A stretch of 61,674 bases of DNA from an uncultured Lachnospiraceae bacterium (lineage in GTDB: Bacteria > Bacillota > Clostridia > Lachnospirales > Lachnospiraceae): NCBI GenBank assembly GCA_964648695.1, contig CAZYLH010000002.1, positions 1 through 61,674 of the forward strand. The letters are read 5' to 3'. Position numbers and translations under genes: made by a program. This document shows, piece after piece, positions 27,397-37,312 of this stretch (within the stretch, counting starts at the first letter, position 1; every line of letters begins with the position of its first letter). The notes beneath the pieces were generated by a model that did no database searches, was not told where the DNA came from, and saw nothing but the letters and a program-made list of their open reading frames with translations.

Positions 27397-29229
27397 CTAC
27401 TGCTGATTTTTCTTATTCATCGCCCGCTTTCTTAAGGTGGAATCCAGTATCTTCTTTCTTATTCGAAGGTTCTTTGGCGTCACCTCCAAAAGCTCGTCAT
27501 CGTCTATAAACTCCATGCACTGCTCAAGGCTCATATTTATTGGCGGAACCAGTCGCAGAGCGTCGTCAGCGGAGGAGGATCTGGTGTTTGTCAGATGCTT
27601 TGCCTTGCATACATTTACCTCGATATCCTCGCTTCGTCCCGTCTGACCTACTATCATTCCCGCATAGACCTGTTCGCCGGGCCCAATAAAGAGGTTTCCC
27701 CTCTCCTGTGCATTATAAAGACCATATGTAAGACTCTCACCGGACTCATAGGCGATTAAGGAGCCTGACTTTCTAAACTGGATCGGCCCCCGGTATGGCT
27801 CATAGCCATCAAAGATGGTGTTCATGATGCCATTACCCTTGGTGTCCGTCATAAATTCTCCCCGATAGCCGATAAGTCCTCTTGAGGGAATTCGAAACTC
27901 AAGCCTTGTATAGCCTCCAGAGGCGCTTCCCATGCCAGAAAGCTCACCCTTTCTATTGGAAAGCTTTTGGATCACGCTTCCGGAAAACTCATCCGGAACA
28001 TCCACATATACTAACTCCATGGGCTCAAGAACTCTGCCGCGCTCATCAAGCTTAGTTAAAACTTCCGCTCTGCTTACCGCAAATTCATAGCCCTCGCGCC
28101 TCATATTCTCGACAAGGACGGATAAGTGAAGCTCTCCTCTTCCGGACACCTTGAATGCGTCCGTGTTTTCCGTCTCCTCCACACGAAGGGAGACATCTGT
28201 GTTAAGCTCCCTAAAAAGGCGGTCTCTAAGATGCCTTGATGTGACATACTTTCCTTCCTTGCCGGCGAGAGGACTGTCATTTACCATAAAGTGCATGGCG
28301 ATGGTTGGCTCGGAAATCTTCTGGAACGGGATTGGCTCCGGGTTTTGCACATCGCAGATGGTATCTCCGATGTGCAGATCGCTTATACCGGAAATTGCCA
28401 CAATCGAGCCAAAGCCCGCCTCCATAACCTCCACCTTATTAAGCCCGTTGTACTCATAGAGCCTTCCGATCTTTACTTTCATTTTCTTGTCCAGATCATG
28501 GGCGTTTACCACAATCAAATCCTGATTTGTGCGTATCACACCGTCCTCCACCTTGCCAACGCCTATACGCCCAACATACTCATTATAGTCGATGGTGCTT
28601 ATGAGCATTCTGGCGGGGGCGTCCATATCACCTTCCGGTGCTGGAATGCTCTTAACGATGGTCTCAAACAGGGGCTCCATGTCCTTTTTCTCATCCGCAA
28701 GGTCGCTTAGCGCAAATCCCTCCTTTGCGGAGGCAAAGATAAACGGGCAATCTAACTGCTTATCATTAGCATCTAAGTCCATCAAAAGCTCAAGCACCTC
28801 ATCCACAACCTCCTCGGGTCTTGCCCCGGGGCGGTCTATCTTGTTGATGCATACGACCACGGACAGATCTAACTCAAGCGCTTTTTTTAGCACAAATTTT
28901 GTCTGCGGCATCGGCCCCTCAAAGGCGTCAACAACCAGCACAACGCCGTCCACCATCTTTAACACGCGCTCCACCTCGCCGCCAAAATCGGCATGTCCTG
29001 GGGTGTCCACAATATTTATCTTTATATCCTTATAATATACGGCAGTGTTCTTAGAAAGAATAGTTATTCCTCTCTCCCGCTCGATGTCATTAGAGTCCAT
29101 CACACGCTCCGCCACCTCCTGGTTTTCCCTAAAAACTCCGCTCTGCTTTAAGAGCTCATCCACCAGAGTGGTCTTTCCATGATCCACATGCGCAATGATG
29201 GCTATATTTCTTATCTCTTCTCTCTTCAT
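27397..29229 (-). CDS. typA: translational GTPase TypA/BipA
   Basis: AIIAHVDHGKTTLVD, DTPGHADFGGEVER, NKIDR. Trimmed to the ATG at 29229, preceded by AGAGGAAG plus 7 nt; the ORF-track start adds 28 non-homologous residues. Confidence 0.95.
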   Translation of the reverse strand: MKREEIRNIAIIAHVDHGKTTLVDELLKQSGVFRENQEVAERVMDSNDIERERGITILSKNTAVYYKDIKINIVDTPGHADFGGEVERVLKMVDGVVLVVDAFEGPMPQTKFVLKKALELDLSVVVCINKIDRPGARPEEVVDEVLELLMDLDANDKQLDCPFIFASAKEGFALSDLADEKKDMEPLFETIVKSIPAPEGDMDAPARMLISTIDYNEYVGRIGVGKVEDGVIRTNQDLIVVNAHDLDKKMKVKIGRLYEYNGLNKVEVMEAGFGSIVAISGISDLHIGDTICDVQNPEPIPFQKISEPTIAMHFMVNDSPLAGKEGKYVTSRHLRDRLFRELNTDVSLRVEETENTDAFKVSGRGELHLSVLVENMRREGYEFAVSRAEVLTKLDERGRVLEPMELVYVDVPDEFSGSVIQKLSNRKGELSGMGSASGGYTRLEFRIPSRGLIGYRGEFMTDTKGNGIMNTIFDGYEPYRGPIQFRKSGSLIAYESGESLTYGLYNAQERGNLFIGPGEQVYAGMIVGQTGRSEDIEVNVCKAKHLTNTRSSSADDALRLVPPINMSLEQCMEFIDDDELLEVTPKNLRIRKKILDSTLRKRAMNKKNQQ

Positions 29230-29494
29230 CCTATACTTCCTCTTATCTAAAATCTGTACTCCAAAGAAGACGCGTCTGTAAATGTCCCCTTCTCGCCCGT
29301 CTAATTCTAGCACATATCCGGCTTATTGCAAGCATTTTTTCTTGCCAAAACCTTTAGCACAAAGGCTTAAGAGTCCCTCTTATCTCGCGGAAACTGCAAT
29401 ATTAAATTCATATTTTATTAACATATATGGGTTACAATAAGTGCGATTTAGTAGCGATTATTCTATCCTGCCATCGGCAGAGAAAGTGTGGACT

Positions 29495-32239
29495 ATGAAT
29501 TATAACCGTAAAGGCGTTTTAGATAAGATTAAGGCTTTGGCCCCACGAAGAGGGCGGCTTTATAGAAAGCTTCTGGTAAATACGCTTGTGCTCCTCATCA
29601 TAGCTGTGTTTTTGACAAGCGCATTTGCTGGCTCCTTTATCCTTGGCGCTTTTGACTCGCTTATGGATAACTCCCGTGAAATCAGCTATGAGGACATCTC
29701 CTCTGACAGCTACTACACTGTCCTCTATGACAGCGAGAACAATGTAATGGCAAAGCTGGTGATGGAGGGCTCAAACAGAGAGGAAGTCACCCTTTCAGAG
29801 ATACCCGATAATCTGATCAATGCATTTGTCGCCATTGAGGATGAGCGTTTCTGGACACATAACGGCATTGACCTTAAAGGTATTGTCCGCGCCGCCATAG
29901 TGGGAATCACAACCCTAAATTTCAGTCAGGGGGCCAGCACCATCACCCAGCAGCTGATCAAAAACAGCATTTTTGACGGCGGTGCAGAGACAAGCTTTGG
30001 CGCACGCTTAGAGCGAAAGCTTCAGGAGCAGGCGCTTGCCATCAGCCTAGAGGAGCAGCTCTCAAAGAGCGTGATACTTGAAAATTATCTAAACAGCATA
30101 AATCTTGGTAGCAATTGCCTTGGAGTTCAGGCGGCGGCAAACAGGTATTTTAATAAAGATGTAAGCGACCTGACCCTCTCAGAATGCGCGGTCATCGCCG
30201 CCATCACCCAAAACCCCAGCTCTCTAAACCCCATCCGCTATCCCGAAAACAACCAGAAGCGTCAGCAGCTGGTGCTACAGAAGATGCTTGAGCTTGGCTA
30301 TATCACCCAGGAGGAGTACGATGAGGCAATAGCGGACGATGTCTATTCAAGAATTCAGATCACCTCAAGCATCAGCTCCTCAAGCGATGTCTACAGCTAT
30401 TTTACTGACGCGGTGATTGAGCAGGTAATAGAGGATCTTCAAACCGAGTTAGGCTACACTCAGACGCAGGCCTATAACCTGCTCTACAGCGGCGGCCTCA
30501 CCATCTACACCACTATGGATCCGGATATTCAGCAGATAGTTGACGAGGAGATAAATGACCTTGACAACTACCCTTACGAATACTACACCATCAGCTATCG
30601 CTTAAAAGTCACGCATGAGGATGGAACGTCCGAGAGCTTTTCGGAAACCTCCGTTCAGACCTTTATACAGGAGGTTTGCGGTATAACGGACTTTGACCTT
30701 ATGTTTAACTCAGAGGAGGAGATCGACGAATATATTGAGCTTTTTAAGGAATACTACCTTACAGATACGGATACAATAGAAAGCGAGGATCTTGCTGTGA
30801 CGCTCCAGCCACAGGTCTCCATGGTGGTAATCGACCAGTCCACCGGATATGTTAAGGCCATCAGCGGCGGCAGAGGAGAAAAGACAACAAACCTGGCGCT
30901 AAACCGCGCGACACAAAGTACCCGTCAGCCGGGCTCCACATTTAAGGTTTTAAGCGTCTTCGCGCCGGCCCTAGACACCTGCGGGGCAACCCTCGCCTCC
31001 GTATACTATGACTCCCCCGTTAGCGCGGACGGCCAGAACTTCTCCAACTGGTGGGGCGATGAATATCTGGGGTACGTAAATCTCAGGGACGCCACCGCCT
31101 ACTCCATGAATTTGGTATCCCTGCACTGTCTACTTGAGACTGTGACGGTGGATCTTGCCTATGAGTATGTGGAAAAATTCGGTATCACGACACTGGTTGA
31201 CAGCGAGAAGGGCTCTGATGGCAGCATCTACACTGACCGTGTGGCATCCTTAGCTCTTGGCGGCATAACAAAGGGTGTCACAAATCTTGAGCTGACCGCG
31301 GCATACGCCGCCATCGCAAACGACGGCGTCTACAACAAGCCAGTCTTTTACACCAAGATTTTAAGCCATGACGGAACGGTTTTACTGGAAAACACGACAG
31401 AATCCACGCGGGTCATCAAATCCACAACCGCTTCCCTTCTGACCTCCGCCATGGAATCCACCTTCGGAAGAAACCTGACATCGGACTATACGGATATCAA
31501 CCCAAACATCAATCCTACCGGTACAAATCATGATTTTTCCACCATGACTCTGGCGGGAAAATCCGGTTCCACCACTGACAACAATGACGTGTGGTTTGTC
31601 GGATACTCGCCCTACTACACTTGCGGTATCTGGTCAGGATACGACCAGGGAAAAACCCTCACCACTGGCCAGGAATATCACAAGGATATATGGGAACGGG
31701 TGATGGAGCGCATCCATGAGGATCTGGAGGATATCGGCTGGGCGGTAAATGATGATATCGTCTCCGCCACGATTTGCAGTAAGAGCGGTCTTTTGGCGGT
31801 TGACGGCGTCTGCGACCTTGCCGAGGACAACGGCACCGTATACACGGAATACTTTGCCAGCGGAACAGAACCGACAGATTACTGCGATGTGCATACAAAG
31901 GTATCCGTCTGCACCGTCTCAAATCGACTTGCCGGAGATTCCTGTCCCAAAAGCGCAGTGGAGGAAAAGGTGTATCTGGTGCTGGATCAGAGCCTGCTTG
32001 ATACGGACTACGAGACGGATGACCAGCTCTACGCTCTCCCAGAGTCCCTGCTGTACGGCTATACCTGCACCACCCACTCAAGCACCACTGAAACCACATC
32101 GGAAACAACCTCCGGCTCAGAAGCGTCGTCTCAGAGTTCCTCTTCTACAAACAAGAGTGATGAGGATGACGAGGATGAAAGCAGCTCTTCCACTAAGACT
32201 GATAATGACAACGAGGATTTGACAGAGTCGGATGAATAA
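29495..32239 (+). CDS. class A (bifunctional GT51 transglycosylase/transpeptidase) penicillin-binding protein with acidic Ser/Thr-rich tail
   Basis: EDERFWTHNGID, RKLQE, RQPGSTFK (SxxK), YSMN (SxN), AGKSGST (KTG-like). The ATG at 29495 (MNYNRKG...) is preferred over the upstream GTG at 29441. Confidence 0.9.
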   Translation: MNYNRKGVLDKIKALAPRRGRLYRKLLVNTLVLLIIAVFLTSAFAGSFILGAFDSLMDNSREISYEDISSDSYYTVLYDSENNVMAKLVMEGSNREEVTLSEIPDNLINAFVAIEDERFWTHNGIDLKGIVRAAIVGITTLNFSQGASTITQQLIKNSIFDGGAETSFGARLERKLQEQALAISLEEQLSKSVILENYLNSINLGSNCLGVQAAANRYFNKDVSDLTLSECAVIAAITQNPSSLNPIRYPENNQKRQQLVLQKMLELGYITQEEYDEAIADDVYSRIQITSSISSSSDVYSYFTDAVIEQVIEDLQTELGYTQTQAYNLLYSGGLTIYTTMDPDIQQIVDEEINDLDNYPYEYYTISYRLKVTHEDGTSESFSETSVQTFIQEVCGITDFDLMFNSEEEIDEYIELFKEYYLTDTDTIESEDLAVTLQPQVSMVVIDQSTGYVKAISGGRGEKTTNLALNRATQSTRQPGSTFKVLSVFAPALDTCGATLASVYYDSPVSADGQNFSNWWGDEYLGYVNLRDATAYSMNLVSLHCLLETVTVDLAYEYVEKFGITTLVDSEKGSDGSIYTDRVASLALGGITKGVTNLELTAAYAAIANDGVYNKPVFYTKILSHDGTVLLENTTESTRVIKSTTASLLTSAMESTFGRNLTSDYTDINPNINPTGTNHDFSTMTLAGKSGSTTDNNDVWFVGYSPYYTCGIWSGYDQGKTLTTGQEYHKDIWERVMERIHEDLEDIGWAVNDDIVSATICSKSGLLAVDGVCDLAEDNGTVYTEYFASGTEPTDYCDVHTKVSVCTVSNRLAGDSCPKSAVEEKVYLVLDQSLLDTDYETDDQLYALPESLLYGYTCTTHSSTTETTSETTSGSEASSQSSSSTNKSDEDDEDESSSSTKTDNDNEDLTESDE

Positions 32240-32249
32240 ATGCGAAAAT

Positions 32250-32285
32250 AAGGCAGCCCGGTATTTTAGGCTGTCTTATTTTTTT
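32250..32285 (+). terminator. rho-independent terminator after the class A PBP gene
   Basis: AAGGCAGCC (32250-32258) pairs with GGCTGTCTT (32269-32277, one G:U), then ATTTTTTT. Confidence 0.75.
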
Positions 32286-32286
32286 A

Positions 32287-32327
32287 CAAAAAAAGACAGC
32301 CCCGGCGCATGCTTAAGGACTGTCTTT
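32287..32327 (-). terminator. rho-independent terminator after ftsZ
   Basis: AAGACAG (32293-32299) pairs with CTGTCTT (32320-32326). Minus-strand run TTTTTTTGT follows. Confidence 0.65.
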
Positions 32328-32349
32328 AAATTATCTAACCTTTTTTATC

Positions 32350-33579
32350 TTATTTCTTTAAAAAGCTCGGAATGCGAACTGTCTGCTGCTCAGTCTTTCT
32401 TGTGTGAGTGGGAGGCGTGTAGCTTGGCGCCTTATATGTGTGGCGAGAGGAAGCCTCTCCCATCTCCGATGATGTGTCTGCTGCCAGAGGATCTGCCCCA
32501 GACTTCTCCTCATAAGACGGTGCCGTCTCAAAACCTGTGTCCGCTCCGGTGACTGAACTGTGAAGGGCTCCGTAAGATGCGCGGGCACTGCTCTTTGGCT
32601 TATATTCAACAGCGCTGTCCGCATTATTATTCATAACGCCTGTGGCAATCAGAGTGATGCGCACTGTATCCTGGAAGTTCTCATCATAGGCTGTTCCAAA
32701 GATAATATTTGCGTCCTCTCCCGCCAGCTCCTGTATGGCGCTGATAGATTCGTAAATCTCCGGAAGGCTCACATCACATCCAGTGATATTTACCAGCACA
32801 TGTGAAGCCCCCTCAATGGTTGTCTCAAGAAGCGGACTTGAAAGAGCGCCCTTCATGGCATCAATAGCCTTATCATCACCCTTTGCCTCGCCGATACCGA
32901 TATGTGCGATGCCCTTGTCCTTCATAACCGTCTGCACATCCGCAAAATCAAGGTTAATAAGACCGGGGTTGTTGATCAAATCTGTGATTCCCTGTACGCC
33001 CTGCTGAAGAACCTCATCAGCCTTCTTAAAAGCGTCCATAACGGAGGTTCTCCTGTCAGAAATCTGCAATAAGCGGTCGTTTGGAATGACGATTAATGTG
33101 TCCACGGAGGCCTTTAACCTCTCCACGCCGGAGGCAGCATTGTTCATGCGCACCTTTCCCTCAAAAGAAAAAGGCTTGGTTACCACACCGACTGTCAGAA
33201 TACCCATCTTTTTTGCGATGGCAGCCACAATAGGAGCCGCCCCTGTACCGGTGCCGCCTCCCATACCGCAGGTGATGAAAACCATATCCGCATCCTTAAG
33301 CATCTCAGCGAGCTCTTCCTGACTCTCCTCTGCCGCCTTCTGCCCAATCTCAGGCTTTGCGCCAGCGCCAAGACCCTTTGTAAGCTTCTCTCCGATCTGG
33401 ATGGCCTTGGGAGCCTTGCAAAGCTGTAATGCCTGCTTATCTGTATTGACGCCGATAAACTCAACGCCAACTATATTCTCTTCAATCATGCGATTTACTG
33501 CGTTGTTGCCGGCTCCTCCCACACCTACAACAATAATTTTCGCCGCGCCTTCATTCTCATTAATCTTGATTTCTAACAA
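32350..33579 (-). CDS. ftsZ: cell division protein FtsZ (TTG start)
   Basis: [22 protein letters not shown] tubulin signature, C-terminal IPSFLKK. TTG at 33579 is preceded by GAAGGAGGAAAATCCC. The resulting N-terminus (M)[21 protein letters not shown] parallels the MLEF... start of known FtsZ proteins. Confidence 0.93.
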   Translation of the reverse strand: MLEIKINENEGAAKIIVVGVGGAGNNAVNRMIEENIVGVEFIGVNTDKQALQLCKAPKAIQIGEKLTKGLGAGAKPEIGQKAAEESQEELAEMLKDADMVFITCGMGGGTGTGAAPIVAAIAKKMGILTVGVVTKPFSFEGKVRMNNAASGVERLKASVDTLIVIPNDRLLQISDRRTSVMDAFKKADEVLQQGVQGITDLINNPGLINLDFADVQTVMKDKGIAHIGIGEAKGDDKAIDAMKGALSSPLLETTIEGASHVLVNITGCDVSLPEIYESISAIQELAGEDANIIFGTAYDENFQDTVRITLIATGVMNNNADSAVEYKPKSSARASYGALHSSVTGADTGFETAPSYEEKSGADPLAADTSSEMGEASSRHTYKAPSYTPPTHTRKTEQQTVRIPSFLKK

Positions 33580-33609
33580 GGGATTTTCCTCCTTCACCGA
33601 TTCTACCCA

Positions 33610-33631
33610 ATATATATATATATATATATAT
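33610..33631. repeat. (AT)11 dinucleotide microsatellite 31 nt upstream of the ftsZ start
   Basis: Read directly: a tatatatata tatatatata t. In the long ORF-track reading it translates as the artefactual YIYIYIY. Confidence 0.95.
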
Positions 33632-33656
33632 CTTATTCCCTTTTTCTTACCCCCAT

Positions 33657-33684
33657 AAATCACAGTTAATACTATATGTGATTT
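33657..33684. repeat. perfect 8-bp inverted repeat AAATCACA-N12-TGTGATTT in the ftsQ-ftsZ spacer
   Basis: Read directly. Possible operator or RNA hairpin. Confidence 0.6.
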
Positions 33685-33744
33685 CTCCGAAATAATCAAC
33701 CTAAAAATCAAAAAAATTTTGGTTTTTTCGGGGTACCTTATCCG

Positions 33745-34488
33745 CTAGTCGTTCGCACTCGCATCCCTCTTAAAAAAGTATTCCACGACATCATTTACAG
33801 TGGAATAACTGTCAAGATAAAGGGTTCCCTGCTCTCCCGAAAGATTTGGCAAAATATCAAACAGCGTGTTAAGCTTGGTCTCAAGCTGCGTTCCCTGTCC
33901 GAGATAGACGCTGATATCCCCCACATAGAGCGTGATATTTAAATCTCTGTCAATGTAGACGCTCTCAACCTCAATCTCTTCCTGGTTTATAAGCTTGCTT
34001 AAGGTGAGGAGCTTATCAAAGATAGTGGGATCCTCTACCTGTAGCTGACCATTTAGCACATAGTAACTAAAGCTGATCCCTTCAATATACAACAGCTCAT
34101 CAATCTCCTGTGTGGATGTTTCCACGATATACCCTTCAGAATCAAAATATAGGTAATTTCCCATATAGGAAATATATCCCACCATGCTCTTTTCATAGAC
34201 CTGAATTTCTACGGAGTTAGGCCCCGTGAGGGTTATATCATAGCTCTTTATAAAGGGAATATCCTCCCGTTCTCCAAAACTATAGTTTAAGATACAGTAA
34301 AGCGTCCTGTAATACTTCTCCTCAGGAAATATGATGGCAATCAGCTCCTCATCCGAATAATAGCTGTTTCCGGTAACGGTAATCTCTGTAAGCTTCACCT
34401 CACAGGCAAGATACACCCCTCCGGCCACAATCATTATCAAAGCAGCTAGAAGCGGGAAGATTACTCTTAGAAGTCTTTTTTTCTTCAT
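33745..34488 (-). CDS. ftsQ: cell division protein FtsQ/DivIB (POTRA)
   Basis: Short cytoplasmic tail, one TM helix (IFPLLAALIMIVAGGVYLA), POTRA-like LTEITVTGNSYYSDEELI. Position is immediately upstream of ftsZ. Confidence 0.8.
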   Translation of the reverse strand: MKKKRLLRVIFPLLAALIMIVAGGVYLACEVKLTEITVTGNSYYSDEELIAIIFPEEKYYRTLYCILNYSFGEREDIPFIKSYDITLTGPNSVEIQVYEKSMVGYISYMGNYLYFDSEGYIVETSTQEIDELLYIEGISFSYYVLNGQLQVEDPTIFDKLLTLSKLINQEEIEVESVYIDRDLNITLYVGDISVYLGQGTQLETKLNTLFDILPNLSGEQGTLYLDSYSTVNDVVEYFFKRDASAND

Positions 34489-34632
34489 TAACCGCCTCCA
34501 TGCTGCCTTTATTTCCTTGCCATTTAGGTCCCCAAGGTTATGACTATTTGCGTGTCGTCACATTATATCACTTTTCTAAAAAAAATACAACTATGTGAAA
34601 AATTTTTTCAGGTACTTTCGCTCACTTTTCCA

Positions 34633-34675
34633 ATCTAAAAGTGCGGGCCAAAAAATCCCTACCGCCCGCACTTTT
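34633..34675 (-). terminator. rho-independent terminator after ftsW, splitting the dcw cluster
   Basis: AAAAGTGCGGGC (34637-34648) pairs with GCCCGCACTTTT (34664-34675). The T-run continues on the minus strand. Confidence 0.75.
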
Positions 34676-34696
34676 AGTAAATTAAGGGATGAGCTT

Positions 34697-35872
34697 TTAC
34701 TCATCCACTATCTGATTTGAGACGCTTAGGACAATGCCCATCTCTGTAAACAGGCACAAAAGCGCCGAACCGCCGTAGCTTATAAACGGCAAAATGACAC
34801 CGGTGTTTGGCATGGTATTAGTCACAACCGCGATGTTCATCACCACCTGTAAGCCTATGTGAACCATCACCCCGGATACGAGTAAAGACCCGCTCATATC
34901 GGGTGCTCTGTTCGCAATATGCATCAGTCTGCCAAGCAAAAACACGTACAGAACCATCAAAAGAAAGGCACCAAAAAGTCCCAGCTCCTCGCAGACTATC
35001 GAAAATATCATATCATTTTGCGCTTCCGGCAAAAATCCAAGCTTTTGTATGCTGCTCCCTAGCCCCTTTCCAAAAAGTCCTCCGGAGCCAATGGCATAAA
35101 GCCCCTGTAAAATCTGATAGGCGGTATCGTCGCTGCTTGCCTCCGGATTTAGCCATGCCTCCACTCTAGCCACCTGATAATCCTGTAGGAGTTCCTGCAA
35201 AATACCGCTGTTCCAAGATACAACCAAAAGCGCCACCAGCCCGATAATAAGGATCTGAAAGGCATATTTATAGCGGCTTGATATGTAAGTCATAAAAAAC
35301 CCGATTCCGGCTATGATAAGACCCGTGCTTAGGTTTTCCAAAATGACAGGCAGAGTAAATGCCAGTGTAATGACGGCTGCCCCACAAGCGTAAGAAAACT
35401 CCTGCCCTATACTGGTTTGTTTCTTACTCTTAAACTGCAGTGTGAGATACCTGGCAAGTACCATAATTAAGGCAGGCTTAGCAAACTCGGAAGGCTGAAT
35501 ACTGTTTCCAGCCACGCTAAGCCACCTTGTCGCGCCATTAGAGCTACTTCCAATGACAAGTACCGCAAGCGAGGCACCAAGGACCAGCACTCCTATCGCC
35601 GGGGCACACTTTAGCATAAAGTGGTAATCCACCTTGGAGATGGCAAACATAAAGACTATAGACATTAGAGCTATCTTTCCCTGACGTTTAAGTGAATACA
35701 GTGCGTCAGAGTATTCTAAGGCGTCAGAGTATGCGGTGGTGGAATAAACCATAACCAGGCCAAATGCCATGAGAAACATCACCACAAAGATCAGCGTATA
35801 ATCATAGTATTCATGTAAACCGCCATAAAACACCGTGTTAAGCGCTCTCTTGGCCTTTTTTGCTAACCTCAT
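34697..35872 (-). CDS. ftsW: SEDS-family peptidoglycan glycosyltransferase FtsW/SpoVE
   Basis: About 10 TM helices. IQPSEFAKP and LPEAQNDMIFS motifs. 4-nt overlap with murD. Confidence 0.88.
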   Translation of the reverse strand: MRLAKKAKRALNTVFYGGLHEYYDYTLIFVVMFLMAFGLVMVYSTTAYSDALEYSDALYSLKRQGKIALMSIVFMFAISKVDYHFMLKCAPAIGVLVLGASLAVLVIGSSSNGATRWLSVAGNSIQPSEFAKPALIMVLARYLTLQFKSKKQTSIGQEFSYACGAAVITLAFTLPVILENLSTGLIIAGIGFFMTYISSRYKYAFQILIIGLVALLVVSWNSGILQELLQDYQVARVEAWLNPEASSDDTAYQILQGLYAIGSGGLFGKGLGSSIQKLGFLPEAQNDMIFSIVCEELGLFGAFLLMVLYVFLLGRLMHIANRAPDMSGSLLVSGVMVHIGLQVVMNIAVVTNTMPNTGVILPFISYGGSALLCLFTEMGIVLSVSNQIVDE

Positions 35873-37293
35873 GCCCTATCCCTCTCCAAAAAGTCCTGGA
35901 CGATTTTCTTAAAAGCCCGCCCTCTCTGCTCGTAATTTTCAAACATCCCCCAGCTGGCACAGGCCGGAGACAATAAAACGGCTTCCTTAGGCTTTGCAAG
36001 TAAAAAAGCCCGCTCCATCGCATCCTCAAAGCTGTCCATCAGCTCATAATCACAAAATCCAATCTTATCACAGGTCTTAGCAATCTTTTCCCTGGTCGCG
36101 CCGATAAGCAGTAGCTTTTTTACCTTTCCGTCAAAAGCCTTTATCCACTCATCATATGTAGAATCCTTATCGTATCCTCCCCCGATGAGTATCGTGGGAG
36201 CTATCATAGCCTTAATACCCTGAATGGCAGCGTCAGGATTAGTTGCCTTTGAGTCGTTGTAATATTTTACGCCCCTCACCGTGTCCACATATTCTATCCT
36301 ATGCTCCACAGCCTTAAAGCGCCTCACCGCCTCAAGTATGACGGTAAGCGGTATTCCCATTGAGAGGCTTACGCCGATGGCAGCCATGACATTTTCATAG
36401 TTGTGGACCCCTAAGAGGTTCATCTCATCGACATCCATCAGCTTTTTATGGGTGTTTTCTTTTGCGAGGTAGATACTCCCCTCTTTATAATACAGCCCCT
36501 CATCAAGCACCTGCTCACTGGAAAAAAACAGCACCTGGCATTTCTTCTTATTCTTAAGTTCTTTGCCAAAATCACGCAGCACCAGATCCCTGTGGTTTAA
36601 CACGCACACATCCTCCATGGTTTGGCGCTTTGTGATATTCTTCTTCATCTTAATGTAGCACTCCATGGTCTTATGCCTGTTTAGATGATCCGGAGTGATA
36701 TTTAGTATGGCTGAAACTTTTGGATGAAAGTCCTTCGTGGTCTCTAGCATAAAGCTGCTGATCTCCGCGGCAATAAGACTGTCCTCATCCGTCTTTAACG
36801 CTTCATCCGAAAAAGGAAGTCCGATATTTCCCACCACGAAGGTGTTTTTAGTATATGCCTTAAAAATCTCCCCCACCAAAGCGGTGGTTGTCGTTTTTCC
36901 ATTGGTTCCCGTGATAGCGGAAAGCTTGCCCTTTGAGAAGCGGTACGCCAACTCCACCTCTCCGATTATTTCGATTTTGCCATCAAGAAATTCTTTTGAA
37001 AATGCATCAAGCGAAACTCCCGGGCTCATGACACACACATCGATTCCATTAAAATCATCCGGAGTGGGAAGTGAGCCATCTCCTATCTTAATGCTTAGCA
37101 GGTGCCCCTCAGCTTTCAGCTCATCATGGCCCTCAAACACCTTTTTTTCCATGCGCTCTCTTTGCTCTATGGCCTCATCCTCGCTTTTGCATGGCTTTGG
37201 CTCAAACAACAGCACAGGATATTCCAGTTTAAGTAGGAGCCTCACCGCACTGATCCCGCTGACTCCGCTTCCCACAACCATATAATTTGTCAT
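35869..37293 (-). CDS. murD: UDP-N-acetylmuramoyl-L-alanine--D-glutamate ligase
   Basis: VVGSGVSGIS Rossmann start, ITGTNGKTTTTAL P-loop, NDSKATNPDA. Confidence 0.93.
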   Translation of the reverse strand: MTNYMVVGSGVSGISAVRLLLKLEYPVLLFEPKPCKSEDEAIEQRERMEKKVFEGHDELKAEGHLLSIKIGDGSLPTPDDFNGIDVCVMSPGVSLDAFSKEFLDGKIEIIGEVELAYRFSKGKLSAITGTNGKTTTTALVGEIFKAYTKNTFVVGNIGLPFSDEALKTDEDSLIAAEISSFMLETTKDFHPKVSAILNITPDHLNRHKTMECYIKMKKNITKRQTMEDVCVLNHRDLVLRDFGKELKNKKKCQVLFFSSEQVLDEGLYYKEGSIYLAKENTHKKLMDVDEMNLLGVHNYENVMAAIGVSLSMGIPLTVILEAVRRFKAVEHRIEYVDTVRGVKYYNDSKATNPDAAIQGIKAMIAPTILIGGGYDKDSTYDEWIKAFDGKVKKLLLIGATREKIAKTCDKIGFCDYELMDSFEDAMERAFLLAKPKEAVLLSPACASWGMFENYEQRGRAFKKIVQDFLERDRA

Positions 37294-37312
37294 TTTTTCC
37301 TCCTAAAGTCGC

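Noticed and set aside
29230-29313. 28-residue N-terminal extension of the typA ORF
   Set aside because: It is non-homologous to TypA/BipA. The internal ATG at 29229 has a proper RBS and gives the canonical MKREEIRNIAIIAHVDHGKTT start.
31659-32222. 149-aa (-) and 157-aa (+) ORFs inside the 3' end of the class A PBP gene, and similar long alternative-frame ORFs at 36737-37285, 46786-47286, 3632-4102 and 17093-17518
   Set aside because: All lie inside strongly supported genes in other frames or strands. They have Pro/Arg/Ser-rich composition typical of off-frame translation of GC-richer coding DNA, and none has an RBS.
33580-33711. N-terminal 44-residue extension of the ftsZ ORF ([10 protein letters not shown]...[17 protein letters not shown])
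   Set aside because: The extension is produced by reading through the (AT)11 tract and the RBS itself. The conserved FtsZ N-terminus begins at the TTG at 33579, which has a strong GGAGG site.
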